Shown here: in pieces, positions 22,501 to 34,406 of the stretch | Layout: each line of letters starts with the position of its first letter | Position numbering within the stretch: position 1 is the stretch's first letter | Source of the DNA: Utricularia gibba | Lineage: Eukaryota; Plantae; Magnoliophyta | Direction: 5' to 3' | Length of the DNA: 64,000 nucleotides | Assembly (NCBI GenBank): GCA_002189035.1 | Contig: NEEC01000002.1 | Coordinates: 310,001-374,000 of the forward strand | Program-made: the position numbers and the translations under genes | The notes under the pieces: generated by a model | Seen by the model: the letters and a program-made list of their open reading frames with translations, nothing else | Told to the model about the DNA's origin: nothing | Databases searched by the model: none

Positions 22501-25500
22501 GAAGCCCACTACCAGATATTGAAGGCTTTGAATTGTCTCCACAGGCAAGAGCGCAGGCAGACCTAAAATTTACTTATGTTGTTACGTGTCAGATATATGG
22601 AAAGCAGAAGGAAGAGCATAAACCTGAAGCTGCTGATATAGCTCTGCTAATGCAGAGGTATTATTATCCAAATTTAATGCTAGGGGCCTTTAGTATTGTT
22701 GAAGATAGTTTGGCATTCAAGATGGCAATATTTTTTCTGATTATTTTTCTCCTTTATGCAAAGTTTCCCTAGTTTCAGTGTTTCCTATGCACAAATTTAT
22801 GATGTCGTTGTATGTTTTCTTTAAATAAGGAATGAGGCACTTCGAGTTGCTTTCATTGATGTGGTTGAAACAATGAAGGATGCGAAAGTGCAGACTGAAT
22901 ATTTCTCAAGACTCGTCAAGGCTGATATAAATGGAAAAGACAAAGTATTTCTCTCTCTGTATTTATGTTTTTAAATACATGGGCATCACCTTCGCACATG
23001 TGTTGTGTGTGCTTGTAGCCATTCTCAGAAGTTTAAATTCTTGCAGTATTCGCCCACGGTTTCTTGACCACCTAAATCATCTTTTACTTTTTCATCATAT
23101 GGAAGGGCAGCGAGTCAATTTTTAGCCATCTAATATTGCAGGAGATATACTCAATCAAGCTACCAGGAAATCCAAAACTTGGTGAGGGAAAACCCGAGAA
23201 TCAGAATCATGCCATAATCTTCACACGTGGTAATGCAATACAGACAATTGACATGAATCAGGTAGGCCTGTCTTCACTTTAGTTACTGATTCTCTTTTAT
23301 ATGCGTAGCATCGCCTGGCACTGAGTTAACACCTTTTTAACTGTCTATTCTTTATCATCAAAAGGAGGCATATTTAATGTGTTTCTTTTCATCGTCATTC
23401 TTTTTGGGTCAACTATAGACATCAAGATGACTGAGTTTTTTTTAAAAAAAAATGATAGGTAAATGGAATTAGTGATGCATTACTCTGTGTCTATCTAATC
23501 TATTTCTTCTCCTATCCAGGATAATTATTTTGAGGAAGCACTGAAAATGAGAAACCTGCTTGAAGAATTTCACTGTGATCACGGGCTGCGGCCTGCAACT
23601 ATTCTTGGAGTCAGGGAGCATGTTTTTACCGGAAGGTGCTTTTTCTGCAGTGATTCTTTCTGAAAGTCTGTTATGTTCTAAAATCAGTAACCTTCTGCAG
23701 TCTATAACTCCTTGGTTCACAATGCAGTGTTTCTTCACTGGCATCATTTATGTCAAATCAAGAAACCAGTTTTGTGACTCTTGGCCAGCGTGTTCTTGCA
23801 AATCCTTTGAAGTAAGTTAGAGATGTTTCTCGAAAGTTTTCTGCATGAGGTTCTTATTAAGTCACGGTTGCTGATATATTCTCAGGGTCCGTATGCATTA
23901 TGGGCATCCTGATGTTTTCGATAGAATTTTCCATGTAACAAGAGGTGGAATCAGCAAAGCATCTCGTGTAATTAATATAAGTGAAGATATTTATTCAGGT
24001 GCCACTCTTGATGTGCACGACCAGTTTCTTTTATTTTATTTTATCTTTTTAATGGAGAACTCTCATTCTGCTTATTGGCTTGGTGAACATGGCTCGATGA
24101 TGCTATTCTTGAATGGGACCTTAAAACTTATGCATGAAAACAGAAGTTCCAGAAACTCAATTATTTGAATGCCAATACTGCTTGTTTCTGCTTCCGTATT
24201 ATATCCCTGTTGGTGTAATGATCGTGTGACATAATACTCTAAGCTTGTGTGAACTTATCAAAAACTATGATACACTGCAGGTTTCAATTCTACTTTACGG
24301 AAGGGGAATGTAACACACCATGAGTACATCCAGGTATTTTGTGGCATATTACAATGCTAGGACATTATTGGGTGTGTAATGGGTGTTGGCAAATCAACAT
24401 TGACAGGTCGGAAAGGGTCGTGATGTTGGTCTGAATCAAATTGCTCTCTTTGAGGGGAAAGTCTCTGGGGCAATGGTGAGCAAGTCCTTAGCAGGGACAT
24501 TTACAGGCTTGGGCAGCTATTTGATTTCTTCAGGATGCTCTCATTCTACTTTACGACTGTTGGATACTACTTCTGCACAATGGTATATAGGCATTGCTCT
24601 TCTAGTTTTATTTGTTCAGATTCTCCTGAGGCTTCAGTTTTTTGTTGAATCTGCAGCTGACAGTGCTAACTGTCTATGCTTTTCTCTACGGGAGGGTCTA
24701 TTTGGTAAGTCCATGTGCCATTTCTTTGCATCATTAGCATCAGCTTTATTTTGATGCTGTAACTCTGCTGTGAACTTCTCCATGGATATGCAGTTTGTTT
24801 GGAAATGGAACAGTTAGTTTCTCATGTCTTCTTCATTCTTTTTGCGGTGCTGCTTGAATAAACAAACATGGATTTTCTCAAGTTTTCATTTCGAGTAGCT
24901 AAAAATCTTCATTTTCAAGCTTTCCATGAAGGTTTATTCTGCAGCCGATTTTGGTATCCAGAGTCCTGGAAATTCTAGTCTATTTATTTTTTTCTTGGAA
25001 ATCCTCCTCCTTTCATCTCCTGTTTTTATGTTTTCTTGACGTGTTTGAAGGCATTATCTGGCGTTGGTGAAACCATTCAGGACAGATCCGATATACTGGA
25101 GAATGCTTCCCTTGATGCAGCTCTAAATGCACAGTTTCTGTTCCAGATTGGTGTATTTACAGCAGTGCCCATGGTTTTGGGCTGCATATTGGAACAAGGC
25201 TTCCTGAAGGTCTCTCTCTCATTCTTCATGGATGAACGTAATTTGCCTTGTATCACAATGTCTCTCCTAGGCACACCTGAACTCCACATGAATGAATATA
25301 CCTTGTCCTCTTTGTCGGATTCTCTCTCGTGTGTATGTTTAACTTAGTTTGCTCATTGTTTTTTATTATTCTTTTCTAACTTGCCACAATCATCACACAA
25401 GATCGTTGCATGCTACCCAGTTTGAGTATTACATGGCATAGTTAACATTTTTTTTTATCGAGCTTTCTTCCCCCTTGTGTTATGTCAGCAACGTTTTTTT

Positions 25501-27187
25501 TTTTTTTGTTTTGTATTTTTGCAGGCTGTAGTGAGTTTTGTGACAATGCAATTTCAGCTATGCACAGTTTTCTTCACATTTTCACTTGGCACTAGGACAC
25601 ATTACTTTGGTCGAACTATTCTTCATGGAGGTGCAAGGGTATGTATAGCGTCGTTCATTTTAGCGCCACCCACCATGTATCTCATAATTTGTACTCATTG
25701 AAATTCACTAGCTATGCAGTATCAAGCAACTGGAAGAGGATTCGTTGTTCGCCACATCAAGTTCACTGAAAATTACAGGCTATACGCCAGAAGTCATTTT
25801 GTGAAAGCGTATCTTATAACTCTTAATCATTTGTCTTCTTTACCATTCATTCTCCGCATCTTATCCATATTTTTTCTGTTCATGTGCATCTCTGTATCAG
25901 AATGGAAATCGTCCTGTTGTTGGTTGTCTACCTTGCCTATGGATACAACAGAGGTGCTGTATCTTACATTCTACTCACAATCAGCAGCTGGTTTCTTGCT
26001 CTTTCCTGGCTCTTTGCTCCATATTTATTTAATCCCTCCGGTTTTGAGTGGCAAAAGTAAGTACATATTTCAAGTTTTTACGTCCAAGTTTTATTTCCTG
26101 CCTCCTGGATTGAGACCTTGGTTTCCTTGCCTCGTCACAAGGACTGTGGAGGACTTCCGCGACTGGACGAGCTGGCTTTTATACAGAGGTGGAATTGGAG
26201 TTAAAGGAGAAGAAAGCTGGGAGGCTTGGTGGGATGAAGAGCTGGTATGAATTTTCTTGATATTTTTTGCTGTTTACCCAGATTACTTGATCTTTCCTTT
26301 TCTTGATTATTTTCACTGTTGTGATTTTGTTGCAGTCTCACATTCGAACCTTTCGAGGAAGGGTTCTGGAAACCATTCTAAGTCTTCGATTTTTCATCTT
26401 CCAATATGGAATTGTTTACAAACTGCAAGTGCAAGGAGATAACACATCGCTAACGGTATGTGGAAGATTTGAGATTCTGTATGTGGAACAGAACACACAC
26501 TGCCTGCATGCTCTTTGTCACCAAATTTATTTTCAGGTGTACGGATTTTCATGGGCGGTGTTTGCTGCACTGATCCTTCTTTTCAAGGTCCATTTGGCTC
26601 TTCTAATGCCCCCACTTTCGTAATCCTTGCTTCCTTCCATTTCTGTTTTGTAATAAAGGCTACATGGTCACTCCACAGGTCTTCACCTTTAGGCAGCAAA
26701 TATCAGTGAACTTTCAGTTGCTGCTGCGGTTAGTGCAAGGGGTTGCGTTTTTAATGGTTGTTGCCGGTGTAGTCGTAGCCGTCGTGCTTACAACGCTCTC
26801 CGTCACCGATATCCTTGCGTGCATTCTCGCATTCCTGCCCACTGGTTGGGGCCTTCTTTCTGTGAGTTAATCGTACCAGTTCCCTCTTCCATCTCTAGTT
26901 GCCGGCCAGTCTTTAAGATATTCTGAAGCGGGGCTTGTGCTCTCTCCCAGATCGCCTGCGCGTGGAAGCCACTGATGAAGAAGCTGGGACTCTGGAAATC
27001 AGTCCGGTCGATCGGGCGTCTGTACGACGCCTTCATGGGAATGATGATCATCGTTCCGATCGCCTTCTGCTCATGGTTCCCATTCGTCTCAACCTTCCAG
27101 ACGAGGCTGATGTTCAACCAAGCCTTCAGTCGAGGTCTGGAAATCTCCCTCATTCTCGCCGGGAACAACCCCAACACCGGCATATGA
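13501..27187 (+). CDS. CALS9: Callose synthase 9 (GSL10-like), about 50 short exons
   Basis: Starts [16 protein letters not shown]...[18 protein letters not shown], then [68 protein letters not shown], ends [21 protein letters not shown]. One -1 frameshift at the G4 run 24467-24470; 5'UTR intron ending near 13493. Confidence 0.95.
18656..18757 (+). other. GC-AG intron in CALS9
   Basis: Exon ends CTT CTG|GCAAGT and the next begins ATA AGG CCC. The nearby GT breaks the frame. Confidence 0.8.
20514..20595 (+). other. GC-AG intron in CALS9
   Basis: GAG TG|GCAAGT ... CAG|G GTG GAG AGG restores W-VERIYDDI. Confidence 0.8.
22213..22341 (+). other. GC-AG intron in CALS9
   Basis: AGA ACA G|GCAAGC ... 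TAG|TT CGA GGA ATG restores the conserved LART-VRGMMYY. Confidence 0.8.
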
Positions 27188-30100
27188 CCGGCGCCGCTGT
27201 TCCTCTCACCGCACCAGGATCCTCCTTTGATTGGTTAAGAGTCGCTATGATCTGTCTGGTTTTGATTCGATAATTTCATTCAGTGAATGAATCCTCACGT
27301 GTCTATTTATTTCTTTCATGATAACCTGCATAATGTGACATGTGTGCAGCACGTGGTCTTTGATTCACATGCCATGGATCCTGGCTTCGTTCGCAGCGGT
27401 TTGGGAGAATTGACATCGATATTTAATATTGTATGGACGATAAGATAATGTATTCAAATAAAAAATCTTAAAAAATTCTATATGAAATTTTGTTTATGGA
27501 AATTATAAAATTAATTTATTTGTTTTAGAATGATTTCAGAATGAGTGATTTTCTAATAATATGAAAAAGGAAACATAAAATTATGATGATTAAATGAGTA
27601 TGGTAGTATAATAAAATTATACTTGATTGCAGGAGTGAGAAAATCGCCAACCCAACGATCTATCCCAACTGTTGCCGCCCCCATTCTAACAATATCAAGC
27701 CTTGAAACTTGCAACTGGTTCACTTTCCTCATTTGGTTTGGCTGGCCCTCCATCCACTTCATCAGTTTGGGGAGGTTGGGTTGATGGCTAAATTCAATGT
27801 TAAAATTCAGAATTCGATAGATCGAGAAAAAATACACAAGATCATAATAGAAAATATTAGATTTAATTAATTATTTATAATTTATAGTTTTTTAAATATT
27901 TGATTATTACATTTTCATTTTTCATTCAATGAATATTGTATATTCTAATACTCAAAAAATGAAAGAAAGCCCCTAACGCTTCAACACACTTCTGTGCAGT
28001 GCAGATCACCAATACCAGTTTCACAGACCCACCTCGTAGGGTCTGTGTTAGTACAAAACTGCTGCACCTCACAAAGCAAAGCAGACTGTTAGAAAATACA
28101 AAGTATACCATGCTTTGGGTGCAGTTAATCAACCGTCATCAACCCACCTGAGGGGGTAAAAAGAAAAAAACACAGAGTGAGTAGTTCTCACTTCTCAGAG
28201 ATCCGGACACGCGTACGGCTCAGACGGCCCCCCTACAGCACTCACACCTCAATAAAACCGGGGCTCTTAATGCCATCACCCAAAATAATCACCTAAATAA
28301 TTTAACACAATAACAAGAGAGGCACAACTATCAGAATGTTGGAATCACGGTTCTTTTTTTAACAACAAAAAAAACAAGACAACAAAATAATTCACAACCA
28401 CATAGTAGTAATGTTCTTGTGGAGAGACATTCCCATGTGTCATCATTTGTCCTAGCGGCGTACCAACTGCCCGCCCACAATTATGCACCCTACAAACACA
28501 CACTCATTTCACTTGCAAGTTCCACACTACAATTGCAATGTTGTAAAACACATATATAAAAAGAAAGTGCCCTCGAGTTGTTCCATTTATTGCTGGCTGG
28601 CTTAAGTGATGAATCAAGGCAACAGTGAGGGGTGGGCATCCCGAGGAGGGACAGACAACCTCAATAATCATGGTACTCATAACACCAGTAGCAGCAGCAG
28701 TAGTAATAATAGAAACAAAAACAGCAATGCGCACATGGGTCGCGGAACACAATAAAAATCAACCACCATTATTGCCACCTCCTCTTATCTTCTACATCCA
28801 CCCCAACACCATCACTTATTACCTTCATCTACGTTGTTGTCGGTGCCGCAATGGTCCAGCATTCAAACCCCTCTGCCTTCCAAGGTCGAATCGCCATTGT
28901 CGGGCGCGCTCACTTAACCTAATGCCATTGATTAAAATTAGGGTTTCACAGTCTGCACATAATTAAAAGGATGCGCAGTCAACCGAGTGCCTTGATTTCA
29001 AATCATCTATTTTAATTAATTAAAATATTAGGAAAAGACTGCTCTTTTTCGCATATTATTATTATTATATTCCTCATAGACTTTGAGAAAAAAAACCCCC
29101 CCTCCTCTCTACTGTGTAAAAAGTCCGAGTCTACCACTCCCTCCCTCAATTGAATTTCATTTTGAATTCGATGGTTAGGGTTTTTAGATTAAGATTTGGA
29201 TTTTGGTACCATCGACTACACATGTACATCGAATCGTTACTCATTCGAATTATCGTATTTCATTTACATCGGATTGAAATTAGAATAATTTTGTTACAAA
29301 ACACACACATTCTATTGGATTCTGCTTCTCGAAAAATATTTTTTGATAATAATTTTAATAAAATCAAATTTTCTTTTTAAAACATCATAAATACTTTTAG
29401 TTTTTTTTGTTTTTTATAATAAAAATCATTCAAATTTGATGATAACATTAATTCTTTCTTAAAAGTAAAAACATGCTTTGTTTGGAAAACTTTTCAAATC
29501 TTAATAATTGTAGTATAAATAGTTTTGCTATAAAATATACATGATTTTTATTTTTCAACATTTAAAAATTTACAAATGCTTGTTATTTTTTAAAAAAAAA
29601 ATTATAAAATGACATCTCCTATTTTATTAAATTCGAAAAAGGGATATTAAATTGAACCCTAAATTTTAAAATTGAAACCTCCCAAGAAGCCGGTAGACAG
29701 TTGCTAGTGTCATTGATTGGTGTATGATGAATAACTGAATCACAATCGCCGCTTCCTTCTTCCTTGAATTTCATTTAATAACTGGAGCGCAGGGGCGATT
29801 CTGTCCAGTTTTCCTCGTCTAGGGAGGGACGAATCGATGGATGAAACAGTTGAGATGACGCCGATCGGCCGTCGATCCGTGGCGGCGTGGTGGCCGACAG
29901 GAGAGATTACGCGTATCCGGAGCCTCCAACCCCGACACGCCTACACGTACAGTTCCTTTCCCGTGTCTGTGTAGGAAGAAAAAGAAGAGAAAAAAAAAAA
30001 AAAAATCATTTATTTCCGTACCCGCAAATCTCCAATAATTCCACTGTGTCGCCCTGGGAGCCTCACACGCGCAGCACGTGTTGCCGAGGAAACCCAATTT

Positions 30101-31030
30101 ATTATATTAAAAAAAGGAAAAAAGATGTCGCGGTACCTAAACAGAAGCAGCACAACAACTCCAACTCTCTCGTACGTACACGCTGCGTGGATTTGGAGGG
30201 TCGGTCCCCCCCATCCACACGGTGGTCCCCACGCATTTCAAATTTATCTTCACTTTGCATGTCATGTGCATTTCAATTTCGACCTCCATGCTTTTCATAC
30301 TCCATTCTATGATAAATAACGGATAGTATAGAATATTTATATTTTAATTTATATTATTCATATATTTAGATTTCTATTCTCGAATATCAAATATTATATA
30401 TAATTAAATATATATAGATATTTAATTATATTTTATTTAATATATATTCATAATCTATTATTAAACGAATGTATAATGTTGAATCGTTTGAAATTGAGAA
30501 TAAATATGGTAAACCGCTTATACAAACGATTCACTTGCAATTCAAATCATAGTTGAATCCTTTGCTTTTTAAAATTTTTATTATAAAAAAGAAAGTAAAA
30601 TCATGATTGAATCATGATTCAACAATAATTGGAATCACATTGGATTGAATATTTATTCTTTTTTTATATATTTTAGAATCATTTATTTTGAATATTTTTA
30701 AATGGTTGAATCATAATTTTTAAAACATCGAATTCAACATACTATAGTGTTTTCAGGTTATGAAATCGATTTTCGGTGTTGTATTTCAATAGAATCTACA
30801 TCCCCAAATCCTCAACTTCATTTAGGGGTGTGAAGTCTACTTGGAGAGCATGAAAACTACCTAATCACATTAGCTTGTGTAACATGTATGTACTTGGAAG
30901 TTGATATTTTTTAAAATAATGAAATGGAAGCCAATTAATTATATATATATGTACAGTTTTGTCCTCCGGAGGCGTCTCTCTCTCCTCACATGCGACAGGG
31001 CATCGGACACCGCTGCTTGCTTGTGGTAAC

Positions 31031-31059
31031 CTCTCTCTCTTTCTCTCTCTCTCTCTCTC
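31031..31059 (+). repeat. (CT)n microsatellite / GAGA element in the ARF3 leader region
   Basis: ctctctctctttctctctctctctctctc seen directly. Confidence 0.75.
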
Positions 31060-31307
31060 CTTCCAGCCGTTGCAGCTGCGAGTTTGCAGCCTACTGCTTC
31101 TGTCACCTGCAACGATCGCTCCCCTTTCTTTCTTTCTCGTACCCGGGAAGAGGGCTACCATTCATTTTCACCTTCAGTTCTCGTAATTCTAAACAGGATC
31201 TGCAATTTATAGAGATTTGTGTCTGTGAAGATCAGACAGAGTTTCTCTTCCGAGGATTGAGAGACAAAACAGAGCAATAACTCCAAGTTTTGGTTTTTTG
31301 TCTGGGG

Positions 31308-31334
31308 ATGGTGAAAAGGGTAGCCCGGGTTTAA
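31308..31334 (+). promoter_or_regulatory. Upstream ORF (MVKRVARV*) in the ARF3 5' leader
   Basis: ATG..TAA ending about 130 nt before the ARF3 ATG; a second minimal ATG-TGA at 31436-31441. Requires the TSS to lie upstream. Confidence 0.5.
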
Positions 31335-31465
31335 AGCTGACAGAGCTTAAAAAAGTTCTGTTTACTCGTGATTTGTCATTTCTGAACGAGGAACTCCGCT
31401 TGATTCTTATTCGTCAACCGTTTCTTCAGTCCTCTATGTGATTTTTGCAACTTCGGGGATCCGAT

Positions 31466-34406
31466 ATGGTTTCTGGGCTTATCGATTTGAACGCCGTCAA
31501 CGATGAAGACGACGCCTCGGCGCTCCAGAGGTCTCCCTCCGAGGTGTCTATGGAGCTGTGGCACGCGTGCGCTGGGCCTTTGATTTCTCTCCCCAAGAAG
31601 GGAAACGCCGTGGTGTATTTCCCTCAGGCACAATTTGAGACTCCGCCGCAGAACGCCGCCACCGCCGGTTATGAACTTCCGCCTCATATTTTTTGCCGCG
31701 TCGTCAATGTGAAGCTCCATGTAGTGAAACTGTTCCCTTTTAGCAGCCGTTGATTTTGGGTGCGCTAAGACTTTTTATGAACGTCGATCGGTTCTCCGTT
31801 TGCAGGTGGAATCGGAGAGCGATGAGGTTTATGCTCAAGTTTCGCTTATTCCAGATCGCCAGGTACACTGAAAAATTATTTCTCTTGCTCATGGTAGTTG
31901 CAGAAAAAGTGGCTTTTAAGTTCATTCATACGCCTTTCGCCCCCTTGACTCCATTTGAGAATCTGTGTTTTCGGGGAAAGTGGGTGTACTTATGTGATGG
32001 AGCTGAGGTTTTATCACTCGCAAATACGTCCTGAAATCGGTCCTTTTTCGAGCCATCTTAACTGGAATCTTCTGGCAGATTGAGCATGAATGGAGGGAAG
32101 GCACACTAGAAACTTCTGCTGAAGATGAAGACCTTGATGGCCCTGTTAAGGCTATGATACCTCATATGTTCTGTAAAACGCTCACAGCATCGGATACCAG
32201 CACTCACGGTGGATTTTCTGTTCCTCGTCGTGCTGCCGAGGACTGCTTCCCCCCTCTGGTATTCAGAGTCATGCGAAGATCTCCATTTTCCGTGCAACAA
32301 CTACACTTGGGCTTATTGAGTTTCGGACTGTGTTTTGGCTTTCTGCGTAGGATTACAAACAACAGAGGCCTTCGCAGGAGCTTGTTGCTAGAGATTTGCA
32401 TGGAACTGAATGGAAATTCCGCCATATTTACCGAGGTATGCTTCCGGTTTTTGTAATAGGTGCTTGTAACTTCACCTAACTGCTACATGTAAAACAGGTC
32501 AGCCTAGAAGGCATTTGCTGACCACTGGTTGGAGTGCCTTTGTCAATAAGAAGAAGCTTGTGTCTGGAGATGCTGTACTCTTTCTAAGGTTGATACACTT
32601 TTACGTGATTCATCTCATTTAAAAGTGATAGAACTGCATCAAGATCACAGACACCAATGCACATTGAAGATCCCTGGAAATGAAGGGTGTAGTTCACTTT
32701 TATCCTATTTCACCACTAGACCTAACTGAAACACACTTGCTGCAGGGGTGGTGATGGTGAACTCCGGCTTGGAGTAAGGAGAGCTGCACAAGCGAAAACT
32801 AATTCATCTGCATCTGCTCTTCCACCTAAGTTTCAATTCAGTGGTAGTATTGCTCCTGTGGTGAATGCAGTGTCAAAAGGAAGTGCTTTTGATGTATGCT
32901 ATAATCCAAGGTACTTGACTACTGATGCACATGCAAAAAGAAAAAAAGATCATGTTTTCTTTACCACCTGATCAGTTTCGATTTTTTCTTTCACCAAATA
33001 TGTCCAAGCTGATACCTACCTTGCTGATATGCAGGGCTCGTTCTTCTGAAATAATCGTGCCGTTTGTGAGATTCGCAAAGAGCCTTATTCAGTCATTTTC
33101 TTGCGGGATGAGATTCAAAGTGCGATATGAGACAGAAGAGTCTTCTGAAAAAAGGTTGGTTTCTCCTCTGTCTGCCATTCAAGCTGTTCGTGCTTTCCAC
33201 TCAAAATAACTCACCCTTTTTTTCTTTTAACAGGAACGGTGGTTTTATTGTTGGGGTCAGTGATGCTGATCCATCCAGATGGCCCTCCTCAAAGTGGAAG
33301 TGCTTGTTGGTGAGGATCTTGTCTCCCTTCAGAACTCCGAACACACCCTTCTTCTTTCCTCTGTCAAGTAGCCATTGGAGCGCTGTATGAAGTTGCTTTC
33401 TTATCCTTGCTCCATTTGCAACCTTGATCTTCCACAGGTGAGATGGGATGATATGGATGCCAATCATGTCGATCGAGTTTCTCCCTGGGAGATCGAAGTT
33501 TCTGGGCCGCCTTGTGGTGCATCCAACGGATATATGCTGCCTGCAACTAAAAGGAACCGCACTGTCTTGCCTGCTTCAAAACCGGACCCTCCTGGTACTC
33601 ACTTCAGTTCTTGCATTTATGTTTCTTTCCATCTGCTGCAGTACTCCGGAACCGGCTCTTGGGTGTGTGCAGACTGTGATGGAGTTTCAGACATGAGAGA
33701 GCCTTCAAGATTCCAGAAGGTCTTGCAAGGTCAAGAAGTGTTCGGATTCAGAAGTCCATATGCTGGAGCAGAAGGCCCCAGGAGCCATTCCTTCGATGCC
33801 AGATCCTATTCCAGCTTAACAAACAGCAGCATGCTACCAGATGGACCCTTCCAATACCGCAAGGTCTTGCAAGGTCAAGAAGCAGGCCCTCAGATCCAGT
33901 CATTTCGAAGAGACCCAGAGCTCGATCGCCATGGAAATAGCTGGTCCTCCGTTCACAATGCATCCCGTCGCCCTTCATCAGTGTCTTCACCCTCTTCTGT
34001 ACTCCTTCTGCAACGGCCTTCCTCCCAAACTTCTCAATCAATGCCATTCAGTTATAGCTGTAAGCAGGATGACCAAAGCCTGGACATACCACGGTGTGCT
34101 TCTCAGTTGCATTCGGGGATTCACTCAAGCTCTGGAACAGGGAAGGATCCACGCACGGAAGAGGAGAGCCATGTGGCCCTTGGAGAACCACACCAGCTCT
34201 TTGGGTTCCCCGTGAGCTTGACTGCTAACGAAGAGCCCTTCATGAAGAGGAAGCGGAGCAACGCGTTTTCATCTTCTCCGGCCTCCGGAGCCGGCGGCGG
34301 CGGTGGATCGGAACATGAAGCTGAAGAGAAAAATCTCTTAGCACCACAGTTGATGGGCAGCGGACTCGTGAACTTGAGAGATCGCATGCTTGACATAGCT
34401 TTGTGA
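31466..34406 (+). CDS. ARF3: Auxin response factor ARF3/ETTIN, 10 exons, no PB1 domain
   Basis: LIDLN start, [18 protein letters not shown]3 domain [40 protein letters not shown], two [11 protein letters not shown] motifs, SSPSSVLL serine patch, terminal MLDIAL* as in ETTIN. Confidence 0.95.
33717..33737 (+). promoter_or_regulatory. tasiR-ARF (TAS3) target site 1
   Basis: AAGGTCTTGCAAGGTCAAGAA is the canonical ARF3/4 site. Confidence 0.95.
33861..33881 (+). promoter_or_regulatory. tasiR-ARF (TAS3) target site 2
   Basis: Identical 21-mer AAGGTCTTGCAAGGTCAAGAA. Confidence 0.95.

Noticed and set aside
28800-28870. YYLHLRCCRCRNGPAFKP resembling an EPFL or SHI Cys motif
   Set aside because: No signal peptide and the remaining conserved cysteines are missing.
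29856-29915. GAGATGACGCCG / CAGGAGAGATTACGC resembling miR391/miR4376
   Set aside because: Partial matches only, with no complementary arm to form a precursor.
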